From contig JBAYHR010000001.1 of the NCBI GenBank assembly GCA_041666045.1, forward strand, positions 21,107 through 85,106: 64,000 nucleotides of DNA, read 5' to 3'. The DNA is from Minisyncoccota bacterium. Lineage in GTDB: Bacteria; Patescibacteriota; Minisyncoccia; Phycocordibacterales; UBA9973. Every line of letters starts with the position of its first letter. Positions within the stretch are counted from its first letter, which is position 1. The notes beneath the pieces were generated by a model, which was given only the letters and a program-made list of their open reading frames with translations, had not been told where the DNA came from and did no database searches. The translations under genes and the position numbers were made by a program. This document shows positions 59,073 to 64,000 of the stretch, in pieces.

Positions 59073-60374
59073 TTATGAATTTTTAATTTCTATAGAAATT
59101 CCAAGCTTTTGAAAATCATTAACAATATTTTCATAACCCCGAAATATTTGTTGACAATTTTCCAAAATAGCTACTCCACGTCTTCCAACTGCTCCAATTA
59201 TAGCAGCAGCCCCAGCACGAATATCAGGAACTTTAACATTTAATGATTTTTTTATCATATTATGTTTTCCAGATATCTGCGTTAGTTGTCCTATCCCTGA
59301 TATTTTATATCCCATTTCATCTAAAATAGAAACATGAGATAGTCTTTTGTCATAGACAGTATCAAAAATTGTTGTAACTCCAGGAAAACAACATAGAGCA
59401 GCAGCAACCACAGGTCCAACATCTGTCGGTAACCCAGGCCATGGTTCGCACATTAAATAACCAGGATGCCGAAGATCTTTTTGATTAACCCTTATCCTAA
59501 TACCAGGTTCCGTATTTTCATAAAAAACTCCTAAATTTTTTAAAAGTTTTTTCATAAAAAGTGGGATACGATGTACATCTTGAAATACAATGTCTGCCTT
59601 ACCGCAAGCAATTCCTGCACAAACATAGGTAGTTATAATTGTATAATCATATGGCACATTTACCTGAATATTCTTATGTGCATTTTCTGTTTTAGTTGCT
59701 GGACCTAGATAAATTGATCTACCAGTTTGCACAATTTTTCTATTATCAACTGATCTGAGTAAATCAACCAGGGTCTGTACAGCTGGTTCTAAAGCGCAAT
59801 TGTTTAGAATCATTGTATTGTTATATATCAATGAAGCAATCAGCGCATGACAGGTTACACCAACACTCTGACCAAAATTAGTAGAGCAGTCAAATTCAAT
59901 CTGCTGAGGAATTTTTTCTAAAGTAAAAGTGAACAATTGATCTACTTGATTTAAATTTCCTCCAAACGCAAAAAGAAGTTCTAAATGTTTCCCTATTGGA
60001 CGGTTAGTAAAATTACAACCACCAACATTTGAGAAAAAGCTGACCGAACCATACTTAAGCATACATGCTGAAGTTAGACAGATACTTCCCCTAATATGAG
60101 ATATTTTAGTTAGATCAATTTTATTATTATGATCAATTACTAAAGTTTCAAAATAACCATCTTCGGATTTAAAGTCAAAATTTAAACTTTTGTTAAGCCA
60201 TGCTTTTAAGCTTTGCACATCTTCACATTTAGCCAAATTTCTAATCCTTAAATTATTTGTCATCATAGTTGAAGCGAGAAGTAGATGAACTGAGGCAATC
60301 TTATCGCCATACCCATTTACTAATCCTGAAAAAGACAGAGTCTTTTCACTTTTAATTTCTAGTACTTTATCCAT
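59073..60374 (-). CDS. Divergent MurA-like enolpyruvyl transferase
   Basis: GDK, RGS, GGCNFTNRP, SVGVT, PWPGLPTD, DIRAG, RGYE. Confidence 0.75.
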   Translation of the reverse strand: MDKVLEIKSEKTLSFSGLVNGYGDKIASVHLLLASTMMTNNLRIRNLAKCEDVQSLKAWLNKSLNFDFKSEDGYFETLVIDHNNKIDLTKISHIRGSICLTSACMLKYGSVSFFSNVGGCNFTNRPIGKHLELLFAFGGNLNQVDQLFTFTLEKIPQQIEFDCSTNFGQSVGVTCHALIASLIYNNTMILNNCALEPAVQTLVDLLRSVDNRKIVQTGRSIYLGPATKTENAHKNIQVNVPYDYTIITTYVCAGIACGKADIVFQDVHRIPLFMKKLLKNLGVFYENTEPGIRIRVNQKDLRHPGYLMCEPWPGLPTDVGPVVAAALCCFPGVTTIFDTVYDKRLSHVSILDEMGYKISGIGQLTQISGKHNMIKKSLNVKVPDIRAGAAAIIGAVGRRGVAILENCQQIFRGYENIVNDFQKLGISIEIKNS

Positions 60375-60519
60375 AATTTACAGTATTTTTTTTATCAATG
60401 AGCAATATTACTCACTCAAAGAGTACCATACTTGGTAATAAAATACAATAGCTGTTTTTTCTTAAATTAAAAGAATTTTTTTTTTTTAATATTTTTATTT
60501 TTTATGTTATAATAAATTT

Positions 60520-60633
60520 ATGCTACCAGAATTTCCAAAAATGAAATCCATAGAACTTTCAGACAGGGAAGATGTGGAAAAAATAACTAAAAAATATCCT
60601 CCATATTTAATATGTTTTATTTTTATGTTATAA
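60520..60633 (+). pseudogene. Truncated leaderless ORF (probable gene remnant)
   Basis: MLPEFPKMKSIELSDREDVEKITKKYPPY then runs into a repeated promoter sequence. Confidence 0.45.
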
Positions 60634-60640
60634 TGACTCT

Positions 60641-61081
60641 ATGGAAGAAGAAGTAATAAAAAAAGAAGAAAAAGGTCATAATATTTTTTTATATATAATG
60701 TTAGCAGGGTGTCTTATTACAATAATCACTTCTTTTTATTTTTTTTATTTTAAAAAGGATTATGATTTTTTTGTAGAAACAGAATGTAATTCTGAAACAG
60801 AAACTTGTTTTTATCGTGATTGTGAAAATGAACCTGATATATGTCCGCCAAATAGTTTTTCTTATTACAATCAATACACTATTTCTGCTAATGATTTTAA
60901 ATATTGTGGCAATAATGAAGATTGCACAGAGGCTTGTGCTACTGGTCTTATAAATTGTGAAAAAGTAGAATGTACTGAGGTGGATATAGCTGATGGTATA
61001 TGTTTAGAACCTATTTTAAATACTGAAAATATAGAAATTACAGAAGATAATATTGAAAATATTGATAATTTAGAGAATTAA
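60641..61081 (+). CDS. Single-TM Cys-rich acidic protein
   Basis: TM then several Cys residues in an acidic exterior domain. Confidence 0.7.
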   Translation: MEEEVIKKEEKGHNIFLYIMLAGCLITIITSFYFFYFKKDYDFFVETECNSETETCFYRDCENEPDICPPNSFSYYNQYTISANDFKYCGNNEDCTEACATGLINCEKVECTEVDIADGICLEPILNTENIEITEDNIENIDNLEN

Positions 61082-61083
61082 CT

Positions 61084-61166
61084 ACTTGTCCCGTACTAAA
61101 TTTTTGAATAAAAACATTACGATTAAATATAATTAGAAAAAAATGAATAAATATTATTAATGAAAA
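61084..61166 (+). repeat. Leader-hairpin element, copy 6 (right arm lost)
   Basis: First 24 nt identical to copy 3; interior alignable up to attattaat. Confidence 0.7.
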
Positions 61167-62404
61167 TAAATAATGAAAAAATAAATACTGACCCTGTTGT
61201 TCCTGAGAGTGTTCTTAATATGTATAAAATTGATGGGCAAGAAAATGTTTACTACGAACATTATGTAAAGAGTAAGAGACTTTTTGAATCTAAAATTGAT
61301 CATTCTGAAATTTGCAAAGAAGACGAGTCTTTAATAATAAAGACTAGAAATGAAATTTTAAGACAACCTAAGGATCAAATTATTTTTTATATTATAAGAG
61401 CATTAGAAAATAGTAATATTGAAATACAAAGAATTGGAGCCTCTTTAATAAAAAATGTGCCAAAAGAACAAAGAAAAGATTTGAGTATTCTAGTTTACAA
61501 AAAAGTCATCGACGACTTAAATAACAAAAATATACAAATACAAAGAATAGCAATGAATATGATTCAGTTTATTCCAGAAGATAAACAGGAACAACTAAGG
61601 GAAATTGTTTTGGAAAAGATTATTGATGCATTTAATTCCAGTAATGTGGATGAATGGAGAATTATGGCAAAAAAAATTAATTTTGCACCAAATAGAGAGC
61701 AAGATAATTTGCACGAAATTGTCTACGGAAAAGTAATTGATGCACTTAACCAAGATGATTTAAGAATTCAAAGATTGGCCGCTGTTATGGTACGATATGC
61801 GCCTACCACCAAGCAAGTTGAATTAGAAAATCTTGTTAAAGATAAATTTGAATTGGCCAAGAGAGAAGGAAAATCTAAAGAAATTATAGAGTCACCTCTA
61901 TATATGAAAAGTGAGGAAGGTAGAAATTCAACTTTTTCCCGTGAGATTTTTTCAAAAACGGGTTCTGAAACTACATTATTACTTGGAAAACAATTTAGAG
62001 ATAATTTAATTTTTAGACACATAGAAGAGTCATCTTTTTTAGCATGGAAAAATGCATATGAAAGTCACATTAATTGGCTAAAAGCTGGTTTTGATTATGT
62101 ACCCATCGAACCAATGTATTCATTTCATTATGATCATAATAATAAATTAGTTAATGTTGCATCTGGTGTTTTGGATATAAATCTAGAAGAATGGTATGCA
62201 TTTTCAGGCAATACTTTTAAAAACGACTTAGACAAACAAAAAAATAAAATTCTTGATGTATTAACAGGTTTAAGTATAAATCATGGTCATCCAAATGATT
62301 CAAACTTCTGTTTGCGTTTTTATAGAGATAAAAAAGGAAAGGTTGATATTAATAAAATTCCAAAAATCTATTTGATAGATTTTGATAAAGCTACAAAGCA
62401 ATAA
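61160..62404 (+). CDS. HEAT-like repeat protein with C-terminal kinase-like domain
   Basis: About 41-aa repeats (ALxNxNIxIQRIA); HGHPNDSNF...YLIDFD. Confidence 0.6.
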   Translation: MKINNEKINTDPVVPESVLNMYKIDGQENVYYEHYVKSKRLFESKIDHSEICKEDESLIIKTRNEILRQPKDQIIFYIIRALENSNIEIQRIGASLIKNVPKEQRKDLSILVYKKVIDDLNNKNIQIQRIAMNMIQFIPEDKQEQLREIVLEKIIDAFNSSNVDEWRIMAKKINFAPNREQDNLHEIVYGKVIDALNQDDLRIQRLAAVMVRYAPTTKQVELENLVKDKFELAKREGKSKEIIESPLYMKSEEGRNSTFSREIFSKTGSETTLLLGKQFRDNLIFRHIEESSFLAWKNAYESHINWLKAGFDYVPIEPMYSFHYDHNNKLVNVASGVLDINLEEWYAFSGNTFKNDLDKQKNKILDVLTGLSINHGHPNDSNFCLRFYRDKKGKVDINKIPKIYLIDFDKATKQ

Positions 62405-62468
62405 GTTTTTTTATTTATATAAACCTTAAAATATTTGTTATTGTTATATTTTATGTTATTATATTTTT

Positions 62469-63032
62469 ATGACTAAATATATTTTTGACTTTGATGATGT
62501 GTTATTTTTTAATACAGAGAAATTTAAAAAACATATGTATAAGTGTTTCGAGGAGATTGGAGTTCAATATGATACAGTAAAAAAATACTATAGGATTGAA
62601 AAAGAAAAAGGTTGGGTTCTTCATAATTTAGTCGCTTCAGTTTTGAAAGGCGAAAACTTGAATTTAATCAGTAAAGAGGAATTAACCGAAAAAATAATGG
62701 GAGAATGCAAAAATTTTATTAATAAAGAACTTATTGATCAAATAAAGCAATTGGAGACGGAAAATTGCTACATGGTTACTCATGGTGTAAAAGAATATCA
62801 GCTTGAAAAGATAAATAGAACTGGACTTAAACCACTTTTTACTCAAATATTTATTGTTCAAGATACAAAAAAAGGGCCAGTGGAAATGATCTGTGAACAG
62901 TTTAAGGATAATGAAGTTGTTTTTATTGACGATAAGGAAAAAAGATTTGCGGACTTAGATTTTGTAAAATATACAAATTTACGAAAAGTGCTATATGTTG
63001 GACCAAAAAGTATAGCTGAAATTTTTCAATAA
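62469..63032 (+). CDS. HAD-superfamily hydrolase
   Basis: FDFDDVL, VTHG, KK, FIDDK. Confidence 0.8.
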   Translation: MTKYIFDFDDVLFFNTEKFKKHMYKCFEEIGVQYDTVKKYYRIEKEKGWVLHNLVASVLKGENLNLISKEELTEKIMGECKNFINKELIDQIKQLETENCYMVTHGVKEYQLEKINRTGLKPLFTQIFIVQDTKKGPVEMICEQFKDNEVVFIDDKEKRFADLDFVKYTNLRKVLYVGPKSIAEIFQ

Positions 63033-63040
63033 AGATAAAT

Positions 63041-64000
63041 ATGGAAAAATTCGACAAATTGATACCATTAGATAAATCTTGGCTTACAAGAGTTGGGGTT
63101 TTAGATATCATTAATAATTATACTGATATTGAAAAATTTATTGATAGTCAAGAAGATACAAATGATGATATTTTAGCTATTAAAAATGCAAGCACAGCGT
63201 GGCGGAACAATCAGCGAATAGATGTTGGAGAGTCAGCGACATTATACAGGCTTCTTAAATTTGCATCATGGAAATTTAAGATTAGTAAGACTTTTATTAA
63301 AAAAGGAAGTTTAAAAGATAGAAAAATTACTGATAATCCAAATATTGTAAATTTTAATCAAACTAAACTTTTAAAGCTTGATAATGGAACAACTCAATGG
63401 GCTACTGCCACAGTGATCTGTGGAGATAAAGAAAGATTAACTAATCCGCCATTAAAATTAAAAGAAACGTATAATGCAGTTGAGCATTGGAAAATACGAC
63501 GTAAAAAAGGTTTATGTTGGGAGCCAAAATATGATGAGTCAATTGAAAAACAAATCAAAGCTTTTTTAGATTTGTTAAATAATAAAGAAATAAATTATAC
63601 ACCTCTATGTTCAGACGATTATTGCTTTGCCAGAGTTTTTAATTTTATAAATAAAGAGAATGGAGAAAAATTTTGGCCAAGTTTGATTGGACATGAAACT
63701 AATAGAATAGAAGAAATGGAGTATGCTATAAAGGATGCTGAAGAAACTGGTAACATAACCTCAAAAGATCACAGAGTCATACAAGCACTTGCAATGTGGG
63801 GAGTAGCTAATAATAAAAAGCTTATTTTTGAAAATCCTAACTCTGTAAATAAATCATGGCCCCAATTTTGGAATTTTTTAATATTGGTTAAAAAAAAGAA
63901 AGGTAATTATATATATGACAATAGGATAAATAAACCTAGTCAAAAATACGAAAAATTATCTGATAAAAAAATCATTAATTTAATTTCTAACGAAGTTAAA
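63041..64000 (+). CDS. Compact AroA/EPSP-synthase-like protein, open at the window end (not in ORF track)
   Basis: DKSWLTR, GESATLYR, GSLKDR, TTQ, ETNRI, DHRV, VNKSWPQFW; no stop before 64000. Confidence 0.65.
   Translation, partial: MEKFDKLIPLDKSWLTRVGVLDIINNYTDIEKFIDSQEDTNDDILAIKNASTAWRNNQRIDVGESATLYRLLKFASWKFKISKTFIKKGSLKDRKITDNPNIVNFNQTKLLKLDNGTTQWATATVICGDKERLTNPPLKLKETYNAVEHWKIRRKKGLCWEPKYDESIEKQIKAFLDLLNNKEINYTPLCSDDYCFARVFNFINKENGEKFWPSLIGHETNRIEEMEYAIKDAEETGNITSKDHRVIQALAMWGVANNKKLIFENPNSVNKSWPQFWNFLILVKKKKGNYIYDNRINKPSQKYEKLSDKKIINLISNEVK

Overview
Very AT-rich bacterial chromosome segment. Its gene content points to a Patescibacteria/CPR (Parcubacteria-like) genome; this is inference from the TrbC/VirB2-like pilin array, paired VirD4-like ATPases, tandem Cys-rich proteins and the short IF2, AlaRS and L13. 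Core genes: gyrA (3' part), infB-rbfA, iscS, clpB, typA, mltG, mnmA, alaS, infA-rpmJ-rpsMKD-rpoA-rplQ-rplM-rpsI, grpE, dnaK, dnaJ-like, a SAM-cycle block (agmatinase, ahcY, PfkB kinase, metK) and five tRNAs. The most striking signals lie outside the gene list. (1) Five complete copies and one degenerate copy of a family of 5'-leader hairpins (ACTTGTCCCG...GGG-ATG). The complete copies end exactly on the start codon, and four begin at the predicted transcription start. They show G-U pairs, covariation and a conserved alternative pairing partner, suggesting a mobile translational switch. (2) Widespread leaderless promoters. (3) Several small palindromic element families inserted in-frame in conserved proteins (MnmA, IF-1, RpoA, PaaX-like). 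(4) An orphan DGR-like variable region with no template or reverse transcriptase in the window. (5) Orphan genes sharing a promoter/boxA-like/hairpin leader layout. (6) A divergent MurA-like operon and a compact AroA-like fusion. All calls come from reading motifs by eye; no searches were run.
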